From Vicinamibacterales bacterium (GTDB lineage Bacteria; Acidobacteriota; Vicinamibacteria; Vicinamibacterales; 2-12-FULL-66-21): a stretch of 64,000 nt of DNA. This document shows, one piece after another, positions 47,339-56,914 of the stretch. Both the position numbers and the translations under genes were made by a program. The number at the start of each line of letters is the position of its first letter. The stretch's first letter is position 1. The stretch covers positions 24,242 through 88,241 of the forward strand of contig DASPXV010000059.1 of NCBI GenBank assembly GCA_035637115.1, given 5' to 3'. The notes beneath the pieces were generated by a model. That model searched no databases and was not told the origin of the DNA. It saw only the letters and a list, made by a program, of their open reading frames with translations.

Positions 47339-47399
47339 TCCGGAGGAATATCGCGCCTCGGCAGCTCCGCAGACCTGTCGCGCTTCCCCCGGATAAACT

Positions 47400-48536
47400 T
47401 TAGACCGACGCGCCCTCCGGGTACTGCAGCGCGAGCCGCAGTTCCTTCGAGAGCGAATCCACCGTCGTCCCGGCGCGCTTCCAGGCCCCTTCGGTCTCGA
47501 ACCGCAGATCGCCGATGCGGCGGCCCCACGGGCTGATGACGCGGCCGATAGCGCGGAAATCCGTGCGGTCCGCGTGCTCCTGATCCAGCCGCCGGACGAC
47601 GTCGGGGGCGACGCGGATGAAGGCGCGGAGCGCTGACGCGCTCTTGATGCTGTACTTCCGGCCGTTCCATGCCGCGCCGAACACCTGGGCGACCTGCTTG
47701 AGGTAGTTCACGAAGAACTTCTTCGACTCTTCGCGGAACTCCTCCGCCTTGCGACCAGCGCCGAACGCTTCGGTGGCAAAGAGCTTCTTCAGCTCCTGCG
47801 CGAGCGGTGCCTGCGCGACGCGGCCGCCGCCGACGCCGAGCAGCTTGATCTCGCCATAGAGCGGTGAATCCTCGCGATCGTTGAGCGCGCGGACGACGTC
47901 GTGCGCCGCCGCGAGGTTCTCGTCGCGATAGAGCTGGCGACCGGACAGCGACACGAGATGCGACGCGTTCAGCCGCGTGTGCTTCGCGTTGATCGTCACG
48001 AACATCTGGACCACGTGATCTTCGGGGAGCCGATCGAAAATGATCGCGGGAACGGTGAAGCTTTCCTCGCCGAACCGGTCGATGTCCGCGTGGAGCGCGA
48101 GCAGCCGGTGCTGGCCGTCGATCGCGCGGAGGATGCCTTCGCGCTCGGGCACCTTCAGCGTGCCGAGCGGAGATCCGTTCTCGACAGGCTCGAATTTCAG
48201 CGCCTCGTCGCACGAGATGATGACGGCGCCGGCGATAGACGGGAGGTCGCGCGCCTGCCGGCACTGCTCGTAGTACTGGACCAGTTCGTCGATCTTCTTG
48301 CGGATGATCGCCCGCTGGTAGGCCTTCTCACTCGACGCGATACGCCGTTCGAGCAGGTCCCAGTTCACCTTCGACGGGGCGCTGCTCTTTTTGCGGCCGC
48401 CGCGCACGGGCTGCGCCTGTTCGCCGTAATCGAGCACCTCGAACCGGACGAGCTTGTCGATGTCGTTGGCAGAGAGAGACGCCTGGTAGAACTGCACCCC
48501 GAACTGCTGCATCCGGATGGCGGCGACGCTGATCAA
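47400..48536 (-). CDS. DGQHR-domain protein (DndB/DpdB-like, ParB/sulfiredoxin superfamily)
   Basis: ...ILRAIDGQHRLLAL... and ...VVQMFVTINAKHTRLNASHL... are the two hallmark motifs. The protein is 378 aa with native GC and codon usage. Confidence 0.8.
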   Translation of the reverse strand: MISVAAIRMQQFGVQFYQASLSANDIDKLVRFEVLDYGEQAQPVRGGRKKSSAPSKVNWDLLERRIASSEKAYQRAIIRKKIDELVQYYEQCRQARDLPSIAGAVIISCDEALKFEPVENGSPLGTLKVPEREGILRAIDGQHRLLALHADIDRFGEESFTVPAIIFDRLPEDHVVQMFVTINAKHTRLNASHLVSLSGRQLYRDENLAAAHDVVRALNDREDSPLYGEIKLLGVGGGRVAQAPLAQELKKLFATEAFGAGRKAEEFREESKKFFVNYLKQVAQVFGAAWNGRKYSIKSASALRAFIRVAPDVVRRLDQEHADRTDFRAIGRVISPWGRRIGDLRFETEGAWKRAGTTVDSLSKELRLALQYPEGASV

Positions 48537-48571
48537 TGGGCCTCCAGTAGCATGTTTATATTGTGTCGGCG

Positions 48572-49669
48572 CTAGAACATCAAGGGCTGAGCCCGACGGT
48601 TCAGCTTCTCACGTAAGTCGCGTTTCGCCAAATACTTACGCTTTGCGCTGTCCTTCACGACCGCGGCGCCGAGCATCAGCACCCAGAATACCCCGAGCGC
48701 AACCCACGCGCCTCCTACAGAAAACGCCCGGTGCAGCGGGTTCGAAACGATCCCGTAGACCATTTCGACGTGGATCCAGTAGATGAAAAGCGACGAGCGC
48801 CCGAGCACCTGAAGCGGGCTCCAGCGTAATCCCGCGCCCGGGCGCTGTTCCCACACCCAGGCGACACCGATCGCCGCGATCATGAGACCGAGACGCATGA
48901 AAAAGAAGCTCACCGACGTCGTCCAGAAGCTCGATCGGACGTCGAGCGGCGGCAGGAACGACGCTTCGTATGCGATGAACGCCAACGCAAACCCGCCGGC
49001 CAGCAACGCGATGTTCGTCCGGCGATCCTGGACATCGCTGCGCGCCATGTCGAGCACCACGCCGATCGCCGCACCCGCCGTCAGGAATGCGGCCCACGGG
49101 AAAAAAGTGAAGTTCGTGAGACCGGGGATAGGCCGAAGGTATCCCTCGATCGAATCAGGCAGTGACGCGAGTGCGCCGGCGTGGCGAATCAAAGGGGTGA
49201 CAAGAACGATCGCCAGCGTCGCCGCGATGAAACCGGCGATTCGCGCCTTCGGCGCGCGAAATAGCGCCCACACCCCCACGGCGGCGACCATCGATGGTCC
49301 CATCACGTTGAGAATGTCCACCTTCAGCAGCGTCCACGCGGGCGCATGACTGAGGATGAACGACTGGAATCGAAAGAGAAAGGCGAGCGCGAAAATCTGC
49401 AGCCCCCGCTTCCGGACCGCCGCCGCCGCCGCGCGCGAATCCCCCGACCGTCGCGCCTTGGAGCCTGCCGACATCGCGATCGCGACGCCTGCGAGGAACA
49501 GGAAGAGTGGAGCGGCAAAGCCGCCGAGGATGAGGGACTCGCCGAATGCACGCGACCGCCGATCCGCGACACGCGTCCACGAATCGATCACGTGCGCCTC
49601 GATCATGATCAGCACGGTCATGCCACGCAGCACGTCGAGATATCTCCGCCGAGCGGCGGGTGCGTTCAT
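48572..49669 (-). CDS. DUF1624/heparan-alpha-glucosaminide N-acetyltransferase-like membrane acyltransferase
   Basis: ...RRRYLDVLRGMTVLIMIEAHV... is followed by about 9 further TM helices. There is an ATGA overlap with the osmC-like gene. Confidence 0.65.
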   Translation of the reverse strand: MNAPAARRRYLDVLRGMTVLIMIEAHVIDSWTRVADRRSRAFGESLILGGFAAPLFLFLAGVAIAMSAGSKARRSGDSRAAAAAVRKRGLQIFALAFLFRFQSFILSHAPAWTLLKVDILNVMGPSMVAAVGVWALFRAPKARIAGFIAATLAIVLVTPLIRHAGALASLPDSIEGYLRPIPGLTNFTFFPWAAFLTAGAAIGVVLDMARSDVQDRRTNIALLAGGFALAFIAYEASFLPPLDVRSSFWTTSVSFFFMRLGLMIAAIGVAWVWEQRPGAGLRWSPLQVLGRSSLFIYWIHVEMVYGIVSNPLHRAFSVGGAWVALGVFWVLMLGAAVVKDSAKRKYLAKRDLREKLNRRAQPLMF

Positions 49670-50070
49670 TCGGAGACTGAGAAGCGGGTCTGGAACGCGA
49701 TGTCCTGCCGCATCGAGTGCCACACCGAACAGTACTTTGAGTGGGAGAGATCGATCGCCCGCTCGATTTGATCCTTCGGCACGGCCCCGGTGACGGCGAA
49801 CTCGATGCTGACCGCGGTGATGCGATGCGGATCTTCCGGCGCGCGCTCCGCGGTCAGCGCGACCCGCAGGCCGCGTAAATCCTGACGCCCCTTGCGGAGG
49901 ATGTGCACGACATCCATGCCTATGCAGCCGGCGAGCGCGAACGCCAGCGTCTGCACCGGCGAAGGTCCGGCCTGCCCGGCGCTGTCGAGCACGATCGACG
50001 CGTCGCCGGAATGCCCGCCGAAGACGAGATCCCGCTCCCAGACCAGCTCCAGAGTCGTCGGCGCCTTCAT
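49666..50070 (-). CDS. OsmC/Ohr-family peroxiredoxin-like protein
   Basis: ...LAFALAGCIGMDV... and ...SHSKYCSVWHS... supply the two conserved Cys residues. Confidence 0.85.
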   Translation of the reverse strand: MKAPTTLELVWERDLVFGGHSGDASIVLDSAGQAGPSPVQTLAFALAGCIGMDVVHILRKGRQDLRGLRVALTAERAPEDPHRITAVSIEFAVTGAVPKDQIERAIDLSHSKYCSVWHSMRQDIAFQTRFSVSE

Positions 50071-50079
50071 GCGCCTATT

Positions 50080-50856
50080 CTACGCGGCTTGCGAGCGCGG
50101 TCCTTTGCCGAAGAGGCTCGAAACGGCGAGCCAGGCGAGAGGAAGCGCCACGAGGAGATACGTGAGGTAGTGACCGTAAATGCCGTCAGGTCCATAGGGC
50201 TCGGTAGCCCAGTGGAGCGCTTCGCTGTTCGGAAGCACATTCGCTTCCGCGAGCTCGTGGAAACCGTAGATGAACAGCTGCACGACGAACACGAGCAGGA
50301 AGACCGCGGTGACCTGGAAGAATCGCGACAGGTTCACTCGATGCCCATAGCGCGACCAGAGGAAGGCGATGAACGCCGCCAGGATGGTTCCGCCGAACGC
50401 GCCGGCGACGATGTTCATGGCTTTCACCTGGAAGAGCAGCGCGTTCATCAGCATGGCGGTCTCCATGCCTTCGCGCGTGATCATCAGCAGCGTGAAGAGG
50501 AACACACCCCAGAACGCCGCGCGGCCGGTCCGGACCGAGGAGGCCGCCAGCTTGCCCTCGATGTCCTTCTTCATGTGCCGCCCGGCGCGCCACATGTGCA
50601 CCGTCAGCGACGCGACCAGGAATGCCGCGGCGATGCCGAGAATCCCTTCCCACAGCGACTGGTTCCGCGCCTTCGACAGCAGCAGGCCGGCGCCGATGCT
50701 CAGCAGGATGGACGTCGCGACTCCCCAATGTATGGCTGGAATGAGCTCGCGGCGGCCCGTTTTGCGAAGGTACGCGAGACTGATGGCGACGATGAGGAAG
50801 GCTTCGAGCCCTTCACGCAGCGTGATGACGAACGCCTGGACCATGGGTGACCTCAA
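50080..50856 (-). CDS. FTR1/EfeU-family iron permease
   Basis: MVQAFVITLREGLEAFLIV contains an REGLE motif, and a second ...TREGMETAM... motif follows. The protein is polytopic. Confidence 0.8.
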   Translation of the reverse strand: MRSPMVQAFVITLREGLEAFLIVAISLAYLRKTGRRELIPAIHWGVATSILLSIGAGLLLSKARNQSLWEGILGIAAAFLVASLTVHMWRAGRHMKKDIEGKLAASSVRTGRAAFWGVFLFTLLMITREGMETAMLMNALLFQVKAMNIVAGAFGGTILAAFIAFLWSRYGHRVNLSRFFQVTAVFLLVFVVQLFIYGFHELAEANVLPNSEALHWATEPYGPDGIYGHYLTYLLVALPLAWLAVSSLFGKGPRSQAA

Positions 50857-50913
50857 AGTGTAGTAGCGGAAGTCCGACCGGTCAAGTCGGGGTTCGCGGC
50901 AGTAACATGGGGC

Positions 50914-52848
50914 ATGGCCCGTTTCGTTTGTCTTTCAGCCCTGGTGGTGCTCTCGATGGCCGCGTCTGCCCAGCCGAACCTGCTCGACCGCGCACGCGCG
51001 CTGCACAGGCAGGCCCTGCTGATCGACGGGCATAACGACTTCCCCTGGGCGCTTCGCGAGCACGATCCGGCGCGGGATCTCGACAAGCTCGATATCCGCA
51101 ATCCGCAGCCCGCGATCATGACGGACATCGCCAGGCTGAAGACCGGCGGCGTCGGCGGCCAGTTCTGGTCCGTATACGTGCCCGTCGAGCTGCAGGGACA
51201 GGGAGCCGTCACCGCCACGCTCGAGCAGATCGACATCGTCCATCGCATGATCCGGAAGTATCCGGACACGTTCGAGCTGGCGCTGACGGCAAGCGATGTC
51301 GAGCGGATTCACAAGGCGGGAAAGATTGCGTCGCTGGTCGGCATGGAGGGAGGCCACTCGATCGACAACTCGCTCGCCGACCTGCGCATGTTCTATCGGC
51401 TCGGCGCGCGCTACATGACGCTCACGCACACGAGCAACACGCCGTGGGCGGATTCCGCGACCGATACGCCAAAGAACAACGGGCTCTCGCCGTTCGGCGA
51501 GGAAGTCGTTCGGGAGATGAACTGGCTCGGGATGCTCGTCGACCTGAGCCACGTGTCACCCGACACGATGGAAGACGCGATCCGCGTCTCGCAGGCGCCG
51601 GTAATCTTTTCTCATTCGGTCGCGCGCGCGCTCAACGATCATCCGCGCAACGTCCCCGATAACGTCCTGCAGATGCTCTCGAAGAACGGCGGCGTGATCA
51701 TGGTCACGTTCGTCCCCGGCTTCGTGAACGCGAAGGTGAACGCCTGGAACAAGCTGCAGACCGCCGAGCAGGATCGGCTGAAGGTCGCGATGCCGAACGA
51801 TCCGCCGGCGGTGAAGGCCGGCGTGGACAAGTGGACGGCGGCCAATCCGCCGCCGCGCGCCGCGATAACGGACGTCGCCGATCACATCGATCACATCCGC
51901 AAGGTCGCCGGTATCGATCACATCGGCATCGGGAGCGATTTCGACGGCATCACGCAGACGGTCAAGGATCTCGACAACGTGTCGACCTATCCGCTGCTCA
52001 CGGCGGAACTGTTGAAGCGCGGATATTCCGACGCGGACGTCAGGAAGATTCTCGGCCTCAACGTTCTTCGGGTCATGCGCGAGGCGGAAACGGTCTCGAA
52101 GCGGCTACAGGCCCAGCGCGGCCCATCGATGGCGACGATGGCGGCTGCGCCGACGTCCACGCAGGCGGAGGGTCCCATCACGATTACCCTGCAGCGCACG
52201 ATCTGCTTCGGGATGTGTCCCGCTTACATCGTGACGCTGCGTGACGACGGGACCGTCACCTACAATGGCGCGGAATACACGAAGATCAGCGGAAAGCAGA
52301 CGTGGAAGATCGATCCGGGCGCGGTGCATGCCCTCGCGAAGGAAATGCAGGACGCGGGCTATTTCGATCTCCAGAACGAGTATCGCGCGATGGTCACGGA
52401 TCATCCGACCGTCTACACGTCGCTGACGATCGGGACGCGAACGAAGAAGATCCAGGATTACGTCGCCGGACCGCCGCGCCTGAAGGAGCTCGAGGATCGC
52501 ATCGACGAGGTCGCGGGGACGAAGAAGTACGTCAGGGGACAGGACCCGCTGCTCGAGGCGATCCTCGTGGGCAACGTCGACATCGTGCGGGGCCAGCTCG
52601 CGGCCGGCGCGAACGCGCGGGCCACGGACGAGAACAAGGTCACGCTCGTGATGCGCGCCGCGGAAACCGGTCACGCGGAGATCGTCCGCCTGCTGCTGGC
52701 CGCCGGCGCCGATCCCACGGCGCGGGATCGCTACGGTCGAAACGCCGCGGACCGCGCGCGCGACGGCGTTGCTTCAGGCGAGCCGAGGCAATTCGAGATC
52801 ATCCTGCGTCTCCTGACGGACGAGGCGGCTGAATCTGAAATTTGCTAA
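50914..52848 (+). CDS. Secreted M19 membrane-dipeptidase domain fused to a DUF6438-like domain and ankyrin repeats
   Basis: A signal peptide precedes ...LIDGHNDFPW...LTHTSNTPWAD...GIGSDFDG..., which is M19. Then comes ...RTICFGMCPAYIVTL..., followed by ...MRAAETGHAEIVRLLLAAGADPTARD... Confidence 0.85.
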   Translation: MARFVCLSALVVLSMAASAQPNLLDRARALHRQALLIDGHNDFPWALREHDPARDLDKLDIRNPQPAIMTDIARLKTGGVGGQFWSVYVPVELQGQGAVTATLEQIDIVHRMIRKYPDTFELALTASDVERIHKAGKIASLVGMEGGHSIDNSLADLRMFYRLGARYMTLTHTSNTPWADSATDTPKNNGLSPFGEEVVREMNWLGMLVDLSHVSPDTMEDAIRVSQAPVIFSHSVARALNDHPRNVPDNVLQMLSKNGGVIMVTFVPGFVNAKVNAWNKLQTAEQDRLKVAMPNDPPAVKAGVDKWTAANPPPRAAITDVADHIDHIRKVAGIDHIGIGSDFDGITQTVKDLDNVSTYPLLTAELLKRGYSDADVRKILGLNVLRVMREAETVSKRLQAQRGPSMATMAAAPTSTQAEGPITITLQRTICFGMCPAYIVTLRDDGTVTYNGAEYTKISGKQTWKIDPGAVHALAKEMQDAGYFDLQNEYRAMVTDHPTVYTSLTIGTRTKKIQDYVAGPPRLKELEDRIDEVAGTKKYVRGQDPLLEAILVGNVDIVRGQLAAGANARATDENKVTLVMRAAETGHAEIVRLLLAAGADPTARDRYGRNAADRARDGVASGEPRQFEIILRLLTDEAAESEIC

Positions 52849-53510
52849 TGCCATTTTGCATCGCGGCTCTCATCGCCGGCACGATGATCGCTACTGTCCA
52901 GGCTCCGCGCGTCCGCGTCGTGGCGATGGGTGACTCGACGACGGCCGGCACGCCGGCGTTCAAGTCGCCGCGCGAGGCGCCACCCACAGGCGCCGGTGAC
53001 GAGACCAGCCAGTACGCCTACTGGCTGATGAAAGCGCATCCGGAGTGGGATGTGATCAACCAGGGCGTCAACGCGCAGCGGAGTGACGTCATCGCCGCGC
53101 GCTTTGATGCGGACGTGATCGCGCAGAAACCCGCGGTCGTCGTCATCGTCGCCGGCGTGAACGACGTCTACCAGGGACGGCCCGCGCAGCACGTCAAGGA
53201 TCACCTCGCCGCGATGTACAAGCGCGCACAGGACGCCGGCATCAACGTCGTTGCCGGCAGCATCATTCCCTACAACACCGCGACCGCCGACCAGAACGCG
53301 CGCATGCGCGAGATTAACGACTGGATCCGCCAGCAGGCGCAGGCCGATCCACGGATCGTGTTCGCCGATACTCGCGCTGCGGTTGCCGCACCGGGGAAGC
53401 CGGACATGCTCGTGAGCTCTCCCGACGGTCTCCACCCCGACACGGCGGGCTATCGCAAGATGGCGGACGCGATCGGGCCGGCCATTCAGCAGGCGTTGCG
53501 CGGCCGCTGA
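52842..53510 (+). CDS. SGNH/GDSL hydrolase
   Basis: The block I motif is ...VVAMGDSTTAG... Also present are ...VIVAGVNDV... and ...DGLHP... Confidence 0.75.
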   Translation: MLMPFCIAALIAGTMIATVQAPRVRVVAMGDSTTAGTPAFKSPREAPPTGAGDETSQYAYWLMKAHPEWDVINQGVNAQRSDVIAARFDADVIAQKPAVVVIVAGVNDVYQGRPAQHVKDHLAAMYKRAQDAGINVVAGSIIPYNTATADQNARMREINDWIRQQAQADPRIVFADTRAAVAAPGKPDMLVSSPDGLHPDTAGYRKMADAIGPAIQQALRGR

Positions 53511-53608
53511 GACAATCAGCCGCGGAACATTCGGACAACGCGTTTATTCCTGACGCTTTGCGACCCCGGCGAACTCCGCTTGACTACGTACGTAACAGGC
53601 GCCGGTAA

Positions 53609-55420
<1,812 letters not shown>

Positions 55421-55493
55421 TGTCGCGATTCTAGCCGATGGCCGAACGCGGTATAGTGGAAGAGCCACCTGCCCACGTTTTCCAGGGATACCA

Positions 55494-56396
55494 ATGCGCC
55501 GGATTGCACTCGCTGTCGCCGCCCTGGCGCTCGTCGCGCCGACTGCGGCCAGCAGCCAGAATCAGAAAATCAAAGTTTCGACGGAGTCCGTACCCGTTTA
55601 CGTGACGGTCACGGACAGCGAGAAGCGGCTCGTACCGGATCTCGTCCTTGACGACTTCGAAATCCTCGACAACGGAAAGCCGCAGAACGTCAACATCTTT
55701 GAGAACAGGCCGACGCCGATCACCGCGGTCGTCATGATCGACACGAGTGGCAGCATGACGACGGCGCTGGATCTCGTGAAGGATGGCGCAGAGCAGTTCC
55801 TGCTGCGCTTACTCCCTGAGGATCGAGCCCAGGTCGGCGAGTTCAGCGACAAGATCAAGTTTCACCCCGGCAGTTTTATCGACGATCGTGATCGCCTCGT
55901 CTATTTACTGAAGCACGATCTGGATTTCGGCTACCCGACGCGGCTGTATGACGCTGTGGACGAGAGCCTCCAGCGGCTTGAACCTGCGGATGGGAGGAAA
56001 GTCGTGCTCGTCTTCACGGATGGCGATGACACGTCGAGCAAGGTGGGTGTCGGGAAAGTGATGGATCGGGCGCGCGAGAAGGATGTGATGGTGTACGCGA
56101 TCGGCCTGGTGAACGACTACTTCAACGGTCAGCAGCGCGTGCGCAGCCAGCCCGATCGCGGACTCAAGAAGCTGGCCGAAGATACCGGCGGCGGCTACTT
56201 CGAGTTGAAGCGCACCGCCGATCTGGCCCAGACCTTCACGCGCGTCGCGCAGGAACTGCACAGCCAATACGTGCTCGGGTTTTCCCCGGGAGCCGTCGAT
56301 GGCCGGGTTCACAAGCTCGAAGTTCGCGTGAAGAAGGGCGGGATGAACGCCCGGGCCCGGAAATCCTACGTGGCGGCGTCAGCGGGAACGCGCTGA
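55494..56396 (+). CDS. VWA-domain protein of the acidobacterial VWFA-related type
   Basis: A signal peptide precedes ...[32 protein letters not shown]... and ...VMIDTSGSM... Confidence 0.8.
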   Translation: MRRIALAVAALALVAPTAASSQNQKIKVSTESVPVYVTVTDSEKRLVPDLVLDDFEILDNGKPQNVNIFENRPTPITAVVMIDTSGSMTTALDLVKDGAEQFLLRLLPEDRAQVGEFSDKIKFHPGSFIDDRDRLVYLLKHDLDFGYPTRLYDAVDESLQRLEPADGRKVVLVFTDGDDTSSKVGVGKVMDRAREKDVMVYAIGLVNDYFNGQQRVRSQPDRGLKKLAEDTGGGYFELKRTADLAQTFTRVAQELHSQYVLGFSPGAVDGRVHKLEVRVKKGGMNARARKSYVAASAGTR

Positions 56397-56403
56397 CGCC
56401 GTA

Positions 56404-56493
56404 CTACACGAGCGCGATCAGAACCGTGACCGCCAGGAGAACCGCGACGAGCCGGTCGGCATTGCTCGAAATGTTCCATTCCATGTAACGCAT
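56404..56493 (-). CDS. Candidate 29-aa small membrane protein
   Basis: MRYMEWNISSNADRLVAVLLAVTVLIALV. A perfect AGGAGG sits 6 nt upstream of the ATG (complement of 56500..56505). It is below the ORF-track size cutoff. Confidence 0.35.
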   Translation of the reverse strand: MRYMEWNISSNADRLVAVLLAVTVLIALV

Positions 56494-56560
56494 CTTGTGC
56501 CTCCTTTCACACAGTTAGACGGACGGGCCCCCCATTCAGTTTAGCGAGCGGTCACGAATC

Positions 56561-56914
56561 GTGCGTTTTCTGGTGGTCGGAGGGCTGACGACCGCTTTCA
56601 GCTACGCGATCTACGCATTGCTCCTTCTATTGGGCCTGAATTACGCAATTTCGAACTTCGGGGCGCTCGTCGGCGGAATACTCTTCGGGTTCAAGACGCA
56701 GGGCACGCTGGTGTTCGGCAATCCCGACAACCGCCTGATCTGGCGCTTCGTCGCGTGCTGGCTGCTCATCTATGCCGTAAATGTCACATTCATCCAACGG
56801 ATGATGTCGCTCGGGCTGAACGCCTACATCTCGGGAGCGCTCGCTCTTCCTGTTATCGCCGCCATCTCGTATCTCGTACAGCGTTTCCTCGTGTTTCGCC
56901 TGCCGGCACGATAG
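56561..56914 (+). CDS. GtrA-family polyprenol-sugar flippase-like protein
   Basis: MRFLVVGGLTTAFSYAIYALLL... 117 aa with 4 TM helices and a GTG start. Confidence 0.8.
   Translation: MRFLVVGGLTTAFSYAIYALLLLLGLNYAISNFGALVGGILFGFKTQGTLVFGNPDNRLIWRFVACWLLIYAVNVTFIQRMMSLGLNAYISGALALPVIAAISYLVQRFLVFRLPAR

Noticed and set aside
47047-47399. Possible cobalamin or other riboswitch upstream of the TonB-dependent receptor
   Set aside because: Reading the minus strand, I could not find a B12-box-like GCCACUG core or other riboswitch signatures that I recognise. A covariance-model scan would be needed to exclude one.
47254-48264. 336-aa minus-strand ORF overlapping the DGQHR gene in another frame
   Set aside because: It is extremely Arg/Pro-rich. 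The alternative frame (47400..48536) carries the DGQHR and QMFVTIN motifs.
15221-48536. queC/queD plus the DGQHR protein as a Dpd-type 7-deazaguanine DNA-modification system
   Set aside because: The genes are 31 kb apart with unrelated genes between them. No DpdA/TGT-like gene, helicase or other dpd gene is present in the window. The idea is kept only as a hypothesis under the DGQHR finding.
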